Below, in pieces: positions 25,579 to 38,632 of a stretch of DNA of 64,000 nucleotides; positions within the stretch are counted from its first letter, which is position 1, and each line of letters begins with the position of its first letter. Source of the stretch: Botryllus schlosseri (Eukaryota); assembly GCA_051294905.1 (NCBI GenBank), contig CM119371.1:5582001-5646000 (forward strand). The letters are read 5' to 3'. Below the pieces are notes generated by a model. That model saw nothing but the letters and a program-made list of their open reading frames with translations. It was not told the origin of the DNA and searched no databases. A program made the position numbers and the translations under genes.

Positions 25579-25933
25579 CTCCGAACCAGATACTCGTCCC
25601 TAATCGCCTGGTTGAACCGGGCTGATGGTATCACACTTGTTCTAGAATTGTTCCGAATCTAATATTCAGTGATCCCGGGGATTTGTTGAAGACACAGTCA
25701 ATTAGCAGTTTATTGTCTCGGAACTGAAATCTTTCGGACAATCAAGTTGAGACCTGAACGTCCCAAATCTTCTACCCGCAGCCAATATCCGAATCTGAAA
25801 TGTGATTGTGATCTACAAATGTATGTGCGGAACATCTGTAAGGAACTACTCGTCTGAATTGTCAGGTTGCCGATCATCACAATGGCTACGCTGATAATGT
25901 TGAAAATGATGATTTTCATGTTACATGAGACAT

Positions 25934-26408
25934 TGTTAAACTGTTGTATATATTGTACATATTGTGTATTCGTTGTATACTGTACTAGTGTTTGGAATAT
26001 TCTGGAACTTTGTTAGCTAACCGCTGGTCTCCCTGCAGGAGTGTGAATGACTCATATTGAAAGTGTTCTGGTTTCTCGTGTACGTTCGAGTTAATGTTTT
26101 GATACTCGGGTATAATTGGTTTGATTCTGGGTTACCTCGTGGTAGTACGATACGTCGCTCGCTGTATGAACAGGTCTGCTGTAATATACTCTGCTGTGTG
26201 TGTTGGACTGATGTCTGTCAAGTGTAAGAAATAGGGAATCTCAAGCCGTAGGTAGAACGGAGTAGATCCTGAATTTCATCAAAGGTTATGGGCCCAGCAC
26301 GCTTCCGCTGCGCCACTCTGCTGTGTGTGTTGGACTGATGTCTGTCAAGTGTAAGAAATAGGGAATCTCAAGCCGTAGGTAGAACGGAGTAGATCCTGAA
26401 TTTCATCA
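25934..26408 (+). mobile_element. Copia-like LTR, captured tRNA-iMet half and duplicated LTR 3' end
   Basis: TG...CA unit (25934-26281) with a second copy at ~50210-50504; followed by ggttatgggcccag (copia-type PBS). 26315-26408 repeats 26188-26281. The LTR start and TSD (gacat/gataa) are uncertain. Confidence 0.8.
26284..26322 (-). tRNA. 5' half (nt 1-39) of initiator tRNA-Met; a captured fragment, not a full tRNA gene
   Basis: Reverse complement is AGCAGAGTGGCGCAGCGGAAGCGTGCTGGGCCCATAACC, the conserved animal tRNA-iMet 5' half including the CAT anticodon. The 3' half is absent. Confidence 0.92.
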
Positions 26409-26619
26409 GATAATTGTACTAAACTGGTATTATTAGGTCATAAGTTTGTTGTTCTTGGATATTGTTATTTATCAAACTGTTCCGTTTTTGCTTATTTTTT
26501 CCGTTTTTCAGACTGGGCTGCCATAATATCAGCTTGGTTGAATACTTGTTTTTAAGTAGAGAGCGGTTGATGTGTGATGCTTGAAGAAGTTTAAAGTAAC
26601 ATACAGATAATCCAGAAGA

Positions 26620-28059
26620 ATGACAAACATGTGCTGGATCTGTGGAAAGAGCTTCCATCGTAAGGGCGGATTGAAAGCTCACTTGCGATTCCACCTTATA
26701 AATAGAAATACCGAATGTGAGATCTGCGGAAAAACCTTTGCTGCAATCAGTTTATTGAAAAAACATTTACTATCCCACACTTTTTTGAAAAATCATGAAC
26801 ACAGGGGCATTGGCAAAGAGTATAATCAGATTCTTCACTTGAAAAGACATGCGGATACACGTACTGCTCACCTTGGAGTCAAAAACCACGACTGTGAGAT
26901 CTGTGGAAAATCATTTGTGCGGGTTGGCGACCTGAAAACGCATGTAAATATACATACTGGAAGCAAAAACTTTTCATGTCAGATCTGCGGGCAAACGTTT
27001 ACCCGGTTTGGTCACTTGAAAACACATGGACATACACATACTGGAGTAAAAAACTATGCATGTCAGATTTGCGGAAAAGCGTTTACCCATATTCGTGACT
27101 TGAAACGACATGAAAATACACATACTGGAGTCAAAAACTATGCATGTCAGATTTGCGGAAAAGCATTTACCCATATTCGTGACTTGAAACGACATGAAAA
27201 TACACATACTGGAGTCAGAAACTATGCATGTCAGATCTGCGGAAAAGCGTTTACTCAGCTTGGTAACTTGAAACGACATGAGAATACACATACTGGAGTC
27301 AAAAACTATGCATGTCAGATTTGCGGAAAAGCATTTACCCATATTCGTGACTTGAAACGACATGAAAATACACATACTGGAGTCAGAAACTATGCATGTC
27401 AGATCTGCGGAAAAGCGTTTACCCAGCTGGGTGCCTTGAAAATACATGAAAATACACATACTGGAGTCAGAAACTATGCATGTCAGATCTGCGGAAAAGC
27501 GTTTACTCAGCTTGGTAACTTGAAACGACATGAGAATACACATACTGGAGTCAAAAACTATGCATGTCAGATCTGCGGAAAAGCGTTTACCCATCTTGGT
27601 GCCTTGAAAATACATGGAAATACACATACTGGAGTCAAAAATTATGAGTGTCAGATTTGCGGAAAAGCGTTTACCCATCTTGGTGCCTTGAAACGACATG
27701 AAAATACACATACTGGAGTCAAAAACTATGCATGTCAGATTTGCGGAAAAGCATTTACCCATATTCGTGACTTGAAACGACATGAAAATACACATACTGG
27801 AGTCAGAAACTATGCATGTCAGATCTGCGGAAAAGCGTTTACCCAGCTGGGTGCCTTGAAAATACATGGAAATACACATACTGGAGTCAAAAACTATGAG
27901 TGTCAGATCTGTGGTAAAGCGTTTAGTCTGCTCAGTAACTTGAGAACGCATGTGCATACACATACCGGAGTCAAAAATTTTGAGTGCCAGACGTGCGGAA
28001 AAGCGTTTACCCTGCTTGGTAACTTGAAAAGACATGGAAATACACATACAGCAGAATAG
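26620..28059 (+). CDS. Tandem C2H2 zinc-finger protein (16 intact fingers plus 1 degenerate); possibly the last exon of a longer gene
   Basis: Uninterrupted 479-aa ORF of CxxCGKxF...H...H repeats with TGV(K/R)NY linkers. Confidence 0.92.
   Translation: MTNMCWICGKSFHRKGGLKAHLRFHLINRNTECEICGKTFAAISLLKKHLLSHTFLKNHEHRGIGKEYNQILHLKRHADTRTAHLGVKNHDCEICGKSFVRVGDLKTHVNIHTGSKNFSCQICGQTFTRFGHLKTHGHTHTGVKNYACQICGKAFTHIRDLKRHENTHTGVKNYACQICGKAFTHIRDLKRHENTHTGVRNYACQICGKAFTQLGNLKRHENTHTGVKNYACQICGKAFTHIRDLKRHENTHTGVRNYACQICGKAFTQLGALKIHENTHTGVRNYACQICGKAFTQLGNLKRHENTHTGVKNYACQICGKAFTHLGALKIHGNTHTGVKNYECQICGKAFTHLGALKRHENTHTGVKNYACQICGKAFTHIRDLKRHENTHTGVRNYACQICGKAFTQLGALKIHGNTHTGVKNYECQICGKAFSLLSNLRTHVHTHTGVKNFECQTCGKAFTLLGNLKRHGNTHTAE
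27061..27900 (+). repeat. Coding minisatellite: ten near-identical 84-bp zinc-finger units
   Basis: tgtcagat(t/c)tgcggaaaagc(g/a)tttac...cacatactggagtca(a/g)aaactatgca repeated with a period of 84 bp. Confidence 0.95.
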
Positions 28060-29139
28060 CGGAATGCATATCTTTTTCTTCTCGCGATGATGATCTCGAA
28101 CATGAAGCAGTAATATTGACAGGAATACCTTATACTAAAATAATGCTGTTACTTAGAGTAGACGTTCATTCACTCTGCTATCATGTCAATACGATTTAAT
28201 ATTGCGATCAAATCTGTCAGAGTACTCAACGCATATATCTTTGAATCACCTTTCCGGCTAAATGATTACTGTGCCGGCTGTCCAGAAATTGTGGTGGACT
28301 TGTATCTTCGTGTTACTAAGACTCTTGCCCATTTCCATTTGTCGTTGCCACAATAAAAATTTCTCTATACGTTGTTTTTTATCATCTATTTTTTTCAGTT
28401 TGAACATGTTTCTCCCATTTTCATATTTTAATCACGGTGTATGATTACTGCCTGAAAATTTTTTTCTCACTGCCTTAATCAGTTTCAATAAAGACTGCTT
28501 TTGCGGTAATTTGCGCTGGGTTCGTTGTTTAGAGAAGTTTGATGTGGATATTCAAATCTTTGTATCACGGTGTGATGAGCTAATACTATAGTTTATGTCA
28601 CCTAAATTTTAAGCTTCGTGTACATTATCCTTTGTCATATTGTCTGTTTATTAGCAGTCCGTGCATATCGTTTACACTTTCGTTTCAAATTGTAATGTTG
28701 TGGCCATTCTGTAAATATGTGTTTCTCCTTGCCATCCATTTCATGCAATTTGTCGACATTTTCACTTCTTCAATCCTCATGAGATTTCAATTCGTTCATA
28801 AAAACGGTTAATCATGGAGCTACAATAAGAAGCTCCTTATAGTCTAATATAAGATATGATGTTCTACCAGCTTTTTGGTAGTAGACGTGAAATGATACCC
28901 GTACGATTTGTGATGCAGGTGATTAGCACATCATTGATCGCTATCCTTTGTGATGATGTGATTATAAACAGTCATCCGCAACAAATATTATTTTTATTCT
29001 GTTTCGTTTTGAAATCTATTGAATATCTGATAAATTCTGTGTGTATTTCTGATATACACTCGCTGCATCTTGTCAACAATTTCGTTCCTTCATGAGATTT
29101 TGTTTCATTCAGACTATTTGTAATTCATAGTGCTACAAC

Positions 29140-32100
29140 ACTGCACCACAGGGCTCCTTACCTTGTTTTGTTTGATTTCACGGATTGTTCCAAGACAAGG
29201 ATTTAGTCGACATCGTTCTTGAGTTGTGTAAAAGAATGGTAGGAGTATTTCCTCATTACAAATGTGATGCCCCTCTAACTCTGCCGGTCGAAAATGCATT
29301 AGAACTGTAATGTGCATGACTAGCAGACTTCTACAACCAGATCATTATTGCTCTGGCTAAATGTTGTAAAATGCTTATAATGTAATTCTAATCTAATTAG
29401 TAAACTATTTCTATATATATAGTGTGAAACAAGTCAAGATTGGTGAACAGTTATTTACTATTCTCATGCTTATGATAATCAAATCCGATTTGATATGAAC
29501 TGAACTTGATTTCTTTTCCAACTAGGCAATTGTGATTCTAATCTAATTTGGAAAATTTTGTTTCATATAATTCAAATTCTAATCTAGTTTGGATAATGTG
29601 TTCATTTTTTTCTGACGCAGCTGCGATCACTTGGGCTGTGCACAATAATTTGATGACTCAAATCTGAATCGAGTATCAATTCTAATCATTTGAGTCGAGC
29701 GGTAGGCACTGATTGTTTCGAGTACTGACAATATACGCTCCATGCCACAAAAGGAAAAAATTATATTACCAATAAGCTGAACTGAACCAATGGGAATTAT
29801 ACTTCCGATAATATTTCTCACCGTGAAAAGCTGTAAACCTCTATTGGTCTTATCGCAGCATACGAAACATGTAGTACAAAGCTACTCACGTTACTGAAAA
29901 TGACATTTCTGCGAAGTCGGGACCAACCTAAAGCATTGTCCCATAGTACGATGAAATAGCTATGGTCATAAAGTGAAATATAATCTTTATGACGTGACTA
30001 GAACCGGCATTATATTCCTTGTGGTGTTGCTGTGACGTTAACATGAGTGACTCAAGCTCATTATTTGATTCAGAATCAAATCACTCACATACTCTATTTT
30101 AGCCAGCCCTATTTATCACACGTTCATTATCATTAAGCAAGTATTAAATGAAGTTTATAGTTTGGAAGGTTCGCCAGTCTGCAAAAACTGTTGTCCCATC
30201 TAACCGTCCCTCTAACTCAGAAAGGTTGAGAATTACTGTCCAACAAATAATATTGTTTTTCTCATTCCAGTAGACCAGCTACCTTATTATTTGTTGTCAG
30301 TCGCTGATGGAAACTACAAAAGAAGATGCGCCATCACAGAACCAGAGACTTGGTGTTGTTTGGTTTCGCGATTGTAAAATCATTCACAGAGATATCAAGG
30401 TAACATTATTTGCAGTAGTGCATTCATAAATAATCTTCGAGAATGATGTCAGAACCAGAGCCGACTGATGATTGGTTCGTCAATTTTGGGATAGAATTAT
30501 GCACATTATGTACCATCAACGTAAAATGATTGATGGCGCTACGAGCTCTCTAAAGTGGACTTGTACAAACCACTGGATTTTCAACATGTGCGACAAGAAT
30601 TAGAACTGCTTACTTTTCTTAATTCTCCACTTGAACCAACGATCATCGAAAATCTGCTACTAACTAACTAATACATAACACACTAATGATTGTTTGGTTA
30701 CAAAATTACAAATGAGCTGAGAAATATCGGGGATAGAATTGGCATCTCAAATTGACGGGGTTTCGAGTTTAAAACGGGAGTGGTTTTTGACCCACAATAC
30801 TCAGCCCTGCCTATACCACTGTTTGGCGTGATCACTCTGAGTCATGGTTGTAATTCAAGTTGCGATTTTCAGTGACTCGACTTGACTCGAGTCATTTGTT
30901 CAAATGACTGAAATGACTTGTCTAGAGACTAGGACTGTCACTGTAACTTCGAAGAATAGTAAAGTCACCACATAATTGGTGTTTCGTATAACAGTCCTCA
31001 TACTTGAAAATAGGGCCAGAAACAGGTAAACTGAGGAAAATAACGATATTATGAGTGTGAACCATTCTGTATCACTCGAGAAGAGTTGGAAAATGGTGAT
31101 TGAACCGGATTGGACTGATAATGCAACAGTAAACATAATGACTTGCACTCGGACTCAGATCATTACTCTCTGATTTGGACTCGGACTTGACTCGGCGGTG
31201 ATTCGGAAATGACTCGACTCGAGTCAAAACTATGAAAGTGAGATTGACTTGTGACTTGGTTACAACCCTGCTCTGAGTTAACAAAGGCTGCAAAAATATC
31301 ATGCAACAGAACTCCGGTATCACGCAAACATATGTTTTCTAGTTGTCGGCAACTACATTTATTTGAATGAACCACTCTTCAAGATCTGCAACTACAACTA
31401 GAACAACAATATACCTGAGTAATTCAATATGAAAGTTGTATCGACAGCTTGGAATCTATTCCTGAACGATATGGAGGTGAAGATCGGAGATCTCGTAGAG
31501 ATGTCATCCTGGCTACCAAAGTCGACTTTGACGGCAAAACAAAAAGAATGCTTTTTGTGGCACACCAAAGTATATTGCCCTGGAAGTTATTGGAAAGAAT
31601 GGGCACAGTTTCGATGTGGAGACCTGGTCGCTGGGCTGCGTTGTGTGAGTACCGTATATAAGAACATTCATGTGAAACTTTATTAAACGGTAATTGCGAG
31701 GGTCTTAGGGGTAGGACTGGGAGATTCGAGCAACTGAGTGATTTGATTCTGAATCCAATATGAGCATTAGAGTAGAATATCCGAGTATCACTCAATATGA
31801 CGTCATCGCATTATGAATGATGTGGAAAGTATAGTTACGAAGGCTACCTTTTACGCAACTTCAAATAATACAATGCCAGATCTGCAATTCTGCATCACAT
31901 TGAAGATGATTTCGTATCCTTTCGACCACACCTATTTCATTGCACTTAGTGGCAATGCTGTTGGTAGATCATGACTTCAGAGGCTTTCCACCAAATTTGG
32001 CTCAATTCCAAACAGCTGAAGCTGCGGCAGAGCCAATTGAAATTTTTCAATTTATTTGAAATTGCTAATTTTCCTATAAGAATGGTGCATAACAATTTCT

Positions 32101-32644
32101 GTTCACGTCCAACTGGTATCAGTGAAGTCATTGCAGTAATGGATCAGCAAAAATAGCATTGACGATGGGTAATCGCAGAATTATTAATGAAAAACTCAAA
32201 TAGCTTTGCTTATACGGTTTGGAATTGCGTCAAATTTGCATCGTTTTTATAGACAATTTAACAATTTCATGGGGTTGACAGTATAAAATTTGAAAAGTAA
32301 AAGGATTTTATTTTTCATGTTATTAAAAAAAATTGATTGGCTCTGTTGTGGCTTCGGCTGGTTGGAATTGAGTCAAATTTGGTGTCCAGCCTTTTATAGG
32401 AAACCTATCAATTTAAGCACTGAATTCCAGGAATCTGAAATAAAATTGTTTCAAAGTTTTAAGATCCTATATCTTTACTTCACAGGTGCTACTAATGCAG
32501 AGACACAGAAGCGCATATGTGACAATCAAGAGGCGACCATCATACGCAGCAACGAATCAACGGACTTTCATATGGCAAAATTGGAAGCTCAACTCAAGAA
32601 ATTGATCGATATCCATCCAACATTGAAGTCTGGTATAAATATGG
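29140..32644 (+). pseudogene. PLK1-like: Polo-like kinase 1-like pseudogene, copy 1 (partial, intron-containing)
   Basis: Exon remnants: ~29140-29238 FHGLFQDKDLVDIVLELCKRM; 30301-30399 SLME..KRR.AITEPE..IIHRDIK; 31448-31644 NLFLNDMEVKIGD..LATKVDFDG..CGTPKYIALEV...GHSFDVETWSLGCV; 32486-32644 linker DFHMAKLEAQL. Frameshifts are present. Confidence 0.88.
30843..31270. mobile_element. hAT-type MITE (GACTCGAGTC-rich family)
   Basis: catggttgtaa / ttacaaccctg termini; perfect TSD ctctgagt. Confidence 0.88.
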
Positions 32645-35600
32645 GCTGGTATTGATGTAATCTCTGATTGATTTCATTTTGAATAGAACTCCTTTTACAT
32701 GTCGGCCTATATCTACGAATCACAGATTTGATACCATAACAGACTGTCGCGATAACTGAGGATATAAAAAATTCTCTGCGAAAATCCAGTATGTAAAATA
32801 ATGCTGAAGCAAATCTGGCCGATATTGTGAAATCAATGAAAATTAATGCTTCGCTGCTCTTGTCCACTGTTCAAAGCTGTAAACCTTGACTGGTTTCATC
32901 GCAGCATACAGATTATATTTTTTGCTTGCAAGGTTGTTTATTCGATATTCCATAGACATGAAAATCAAAATAACACACTGGTCGCGACTTAGGTCACCTC
33001 GTAAATACACAACTCGTACACACCTCGTAAATACCAACATAAAAGCACATTGGCGGAAATGACATATCTGGGATATCGTGATCAAACCACAGCACTGTTG
33101 CAAAGTGTAATGAAATAGGTTTGGTCAAAGGAATACCAAATTATCTGATTATGTGATGTAAAACTGGTGTTGGATTCTCAGTAGTCGCATAAAGATATTT
33201 ATAACCTTCCACATCATCAATACTGTCGTGACATAAAAACGAGCCATAATTGAATACTCATCTCGAAGTCGCATACTCGACTCCCAATCAGATATTCAAT
33301 TTTTCCCAGCCAGATGTTCAAAAACTCTTATTTCAAAAGGCAGCATGAAATGAAATCTCTTATTTGGAAGGTTCATTGGTATTCAAAAATTGTTGTCGAA
33401 TTGGACCAGCCTGCTAGCTCAAACAGGTTATGAACCACTGATTTAGAAGTTCCCAACAAATAATATTGTCAATCCATCAATCCAATTATCTTTGATCTTT
33501 TTTGACAGTAGCTGATGGAAGTTTACAAAAGAAGGCGTGCCACCATGGGACCAGAGATTCGTTATTACTTGCAAAAGATCCCGCTGAAGTTTTTCATCGC
33601 CAGGATTGTAACATCATTCACACGGATATCAAGGTAACTTTGGTTGCATGGCATCAGACTAGTGCAAACTGCTGGATACTTTTCAATATGCGTACTAGAA
33701 CTACTCAATTTTGCAAACTCGCAACTACAACTAGAATAACCCACTTTTCTAAACCCGCTACTGGGACTAAAAGTACTGATTTTTTAAAATTCGTATCTAG
33801 AACAAAAAATAGAGCTAGAATCACTCGTTTCTGTAAACTCGCAACTGGAACTGGGACTGCTTATTTTCCGAAACTTAACAGCTAGCACTTGAACTAATGA
33901 TCTTTCAATTCTTGGGACAGACTTGAACATAAAGAACTAATAATCGCTATTGTATACAGATTGCTTTATTGTAAATGAGCTTAGAAATACTGGATACGGA
34001 ATTCTACTTTGAAATGAGAGGGGTTTCGACCCCTATACCCACCCCCTGGTTACGACACTGTTAGTAGTGATGACTTTGAGCTAGCAATGGCTGCAAGAAC
34101 ATCACACAACAAAAAACCGGTATAGGTTCACGACACGTGCTCGCTAGTGGTTCGGCAACTAAAATATTTTTACATGCACAACTAGAACTGGAACTGGAAG
34201 TACTCACTTTTTAACTGGACTAGAACTTGTACAAAAAAGCAGTAGTAGATTGACCATCAACTAAATAAATTGGTAGTTTGTACAAGTCTTCTGTATATAT
34301 ATTAAACATAAATTTGCATTGACAGCTGGTTAACCCGTTCTTAAACAACAACACAAAATAAATATCGGAGATCTTGACCAAGCTACCAAGGTCCACTGCG
34401 GCAATCAAGCAAAGAATACGTTTTGTGGCATACCCAATTATATTATCCCGGATGTTCTCAGCAAGAAGGGGCACATTTTTGAAGTGGAGAGCTTGACGCT
34501 GGGTTGTGCTATGTAAGTATGACTCAACATTAGGCTTCAAATATTCGAGTATCATTATTAAAACGCCGTGGCATGAATGATTTTGAAAGTTCAACTATGT
34601 ACCTTTCACGAGGCCAAAAACAATATAATGCCACATCACTTTAAAGATCAAGTGTTGGTTTTCGACCATAAATATTCCATTACACTTTGTTACAATGCTG
34701 TGGGTCGTTCATGACGTATGGGATATGTCTAATGAAGGTTTACTGCTTACCTCTTACCTCGAGGAAATTATCAAAACTGTGAATCTCATTTCAATCTTCA
34801 GCTTGTCTGAATAAGAGTCGAATTAGAATGATAACTTAGCTACAAAGTTTTTTTTCCTAATTAGATTAGAATCGCTTGATTCGCAATGACTTGGACAATG
34901 AATCAAATCAGAGATTATTCTAATAATGAGAATAGAAAATGTCTCTAAACCAAGCTTGGCTTGTTCCGTAGATACAGTTCTACTATAGCATTTACAGAAA
35001 ACCAATTATTACGCCAGAATTAAAATGCGAGCATAGAAACATTTCATTAATCAGTTTAAAATTAGTTGACCGACATTTTGTTCTGATTAGTTTAGTTAGA
35101 CAACTAGAATTAGCTAGTTGTCCAAATCTGCAACAAGCATCCCTCTTGGTAACTAGATGTATGTTTTTCTTCATCGTAGGTATGCATTGTCAGTTGGTAA
35201 GCTACCGTTTGAAGGCCAGACGTTGCAAGAAACCTCGAATATTGAGAAGAACGAATACGATATCCTGCAAAATATGTCGCCTGCAGCTTGCGATCTTATC
35301 AAAAGGTATGTTCTATCTGTGACTTGGAGTCACCTTCAAATGATGAGTGACTGGACTTACCTCCAAAAATCGTGTGACTCAAGTTATCTCGAGTCAAAAT
35401 GTGTTGTGACTCAAAAGTAGTGACATTTTCCCAACGCTAACCTTCCGTCATTTTCTCAACAGCATGTTGTCTATTGACCCATCACAACGACCTTCCTCGA
35501 AGCAATTTGAGTCTGGTCACTTTTTAAAAGGCAGCATTCCTGAACAACTACCGACCACCTGGTTGGTTATCACTCGGGCTGGGCAAAATCGAGTACACTG

Positions 35601-36501
35601 TAAATTTTTTACCGTTGGTGACGACACCAAAAAGAACGCGTTTTGTGTAAAAAAACTAAACACCTGAAAAGATGTTTCGCGTTTTGGTTTGGCGTTGTCA
35701 AATACTGTGTTGTGCCATATACCCGGTGTCAAAAGATGTGTGGTCTCATATAGGAGTTTTCTACACCGTGCATGAACCCCAATAATCAGGCCTAAATCAC
35801 CCTCTGTAGCTGTTCAAATTGATTACTAAACAATCTGGCGTGCACGACCTCTCCCCGCAGTGATTAAAATGAATTACTAAATGTTCTGGCATACTAGGCA
35901 CACACCCCGCCGCTTGTAACGCAGCATAAAAATCATTCCATAGTTTGCAATGAAACCATCATATTAAAAATCAACGACAGTAATAAGCATTAAGTAATGC
36001 TAAATGCAAGTTATGCACAAAATCAACGACAGTAATAAGCATTAAGCAATGCTAAATGCAAGTTATGCACAATGAAACAGTACTGTTGCTAGTACAAATA
36101 AAGAATTGTGGCACAGCATGAAATAATTAGATTGAAGCCATTTTAGAGCATGCGGTAACTAAGCATAAAGAACTGCCGCATATGACTTAATAACCCCCGA
36201 ACTTAACCCAACCCTTAAATTAACCATTACATATAATCACACTGACCCTTATCTACCCCTTAATGTAACGATTACCCAGCATAGGGCAGAATTCAACCCA
36301 AATGCTGAAGTGTCAAAGGATATCACGGGACATGCTTATATCTCCACTGATCTACTGGAATGATGTATTACATTAGCGAAATACTGCAAAATAAAACAAG
36401 ACAGTGTGACAAGATAAAAGTTCAGTATGAGCTACTGTAAATATCTTGGACAGTACTAACCAACCAAAGAAAGGGGCTTATTATGCCCTTACTGCATGTG
36501 T

Positions 36502-36897
36502 TCACATGTGTTCAAATTTCCTAAAGAAATTACTCAATTTTTCGGAGATAAATTGGGTGTTTTTGTCGCCAACAACAAGCCTCTTAACAAATGCCAGGAT
36601 TTGAAATTCCTTGGGGCATGACACATCCCAGGCATAATAACATGCCATCATATCAATTAAAACATCCAAAACCGTTGCGTCTTTATCACCGCAAGGAATC
36701 AATTCCCCCACAGCTAGAATCCAGCCTTGGATCGAACCATCCTGATGTCTTGCGACGACTAAATGTGAAGTATCATGCTTCTGACTCTTGGTCTCTATGT
36801 CGAGGGCCTGAAACACAGACACATGTTCAAGTGTACACCTACATGCGAATTTTGGAAATCGCTTTGAAAAAAATCTGAAATCATCAGCTAAGGACAT
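36502..36897 (-). pseudogene. Terminal exon of an EnSpm-type accessory ORF (SAMD3-like C-terminal motif), copy A
   Basis: DVLIDMMACYYAWDVSCPKEFQILAFVKRLVVGD resembles the YY.F...YP......F.Q motif of SAMD3-like/EnSpm accessory proteins; recognised from memory only. Confidence 0.55.
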
Positions 36898-36959
36898 CCA
36901 TGAAATAGACCCATTAATAGGTTTCTTTCTATTCCGTTATGCTTTCCCATCCTATACAG

Positions 36960-37241
36960 CAGGGGTTCTCAACCTGGGGGGCGCGAAGAAGCGGTCACCT
37001 GAAAAAATTTTTCGCGCTGCGCACGATTGACCTACAATGCACGCGTGTTTCTCTACATATAGGCCCAATATCATATATATTTATTCTCTCATCAACCTTC
37101 ATAATCGTCCATACCACCAAACAATCTGTTGGGGTTGCTAGCATCCCAGTTGGATTTTGTGATATGACGATAAGGGGGGGGGGCGCGAAATTTGTCACTA
37201 TCAAATAGGGGGGCGTGTCTAAAAAAGGTTGAGAACCACTG
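36960..37241. mobile_element. hAT-type MITE
   Basis: caggggttctcaacct / aggttgagaaccactg; perfect TSD ctatacag. Confidence 0.92.
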
Positions 37242-38632
37242 CTATACAGTAATGTTTTCTCATCATATATTAATTGAAGTAGCAATTCGGTATTCATTAT
37301 GCACCTGTTGAACCACCAGCGCAGTTAACCCCCTCTTTTGTCTGCAGTTAATTTAGGCATCCGAAAGTTACGACTGTAATTCCAGCAGTTTGGTCAGCTC
37401 ATCCCTGTCACCTCCACTGGACTGATGAAATTGAATGATATAACGGTTACTACTAATGCTGAATCAAGATGAATTTTAGGTTCCAATTTACCTGAAAAAT
37501 CTTATCCAATATATTCAATATTTGTTGATTATTGCTTCTCATGTCGTCAATGATTGTTGGCGCAATTATGCTCTTGAAATCTTCTCTGACCTGAGACAAA
37601 AAGTAATACCGACACGAAACACAGATAGAGGTGGCTGATAACATAAGTGGGCCTTTTTGCTATTCACGTCAATGCTATTCACGTCAGCATTTTGATTATC
37701 TATGTAGCCTACGGCTGCATTCCAGTGCATAGTTGCAAGGAACTAACTAGGCGCCAAATACCCCTGTTAAAATGTCCATGGTCTATTTTCAGTGGGCTAT
37801 GGACTAATTTCTCTATTCATGTCATCTTACTCAACGCACCCGAATCGCCAGGGTTCTAATGACTCGATTCAGGATTTTCTGATGACTCGAGTCATTTTCT
37901 CAAAACACGGAAATGACTCGACTCAAATCAATCTATGTATATCGACTCGACTTGGACTCGAGTCATTGCGCATGACTCGTACCAAGCCATATGACTCGAG
38001 ACTCAGGCGGCCAAGACCAACATTTCATTGTAATTTCGAAGAATAGTAAAGTGACCACACTATTGATATTTCGTCTATTGGTACTGGTACTTGAAAATGT
38101 GACCAGAAACTGCTAAAGTGAGGAAAATTGGTATAACATGAATGCGAATCATTCGATGTCACCAACCAGAGTTAAAAAAGTGGATTCAACAAGAATGCTG
38201 AAGAGTACCAAGCTATCCAGTCACACGCTCATGCCCACGGATCTACTGGACTGAAATATATAAACGAAATATTGCAAAAGAAAGCAAGACAGTGTCCCAA
38301 GATAAAAGTAGAGTATGAACTACTGTTCGACAACTTGCACAGCAATAACCAAGTCAAATTAGTGGGCCTATCAGGACCTTGCAGTATGTGCTCAAAATTG
38401 TTGTTGAAGAAATTATTCAATTTTTCACTGACAATAAATTAAACCCATATGTGTCATGCACTATCAAGTCGCATGCTATGTCCAGTGTCGACGAAGCTAA
38501 TGGGATGTGTATACTAACGAAATACTGCAAAATAAACAAGACCGTGAGCCGAGATACAAGCAAAGGATGAGGTACTGTTTAACAACTTGCACAATAATAA
38601 CCACAAGTCAAAGAAAGAGGCCTATTATGCCC

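Noticed and set aside
24086..25920. Possible upstream exons (PR/SET, KRAB or PLK N-lobe) for the neighbouring genes
   Set aside because: No recognisable motif was found by eye; a profile search would be needed to exclude it.
26284..26322. Functional tRNA-Met gene or tRNA-derived SINE
   Set aside because: Only nt 1-39 are present, with no B box or 3' half, and the fragment abuts an LTR end as a PBS would.
26974..28047. 357-aa antisense ORF
   Set aside because: It is the shadow of the repetitive zinc-finger array; a stop-free unit repeated many times gives a long ORF automatically.
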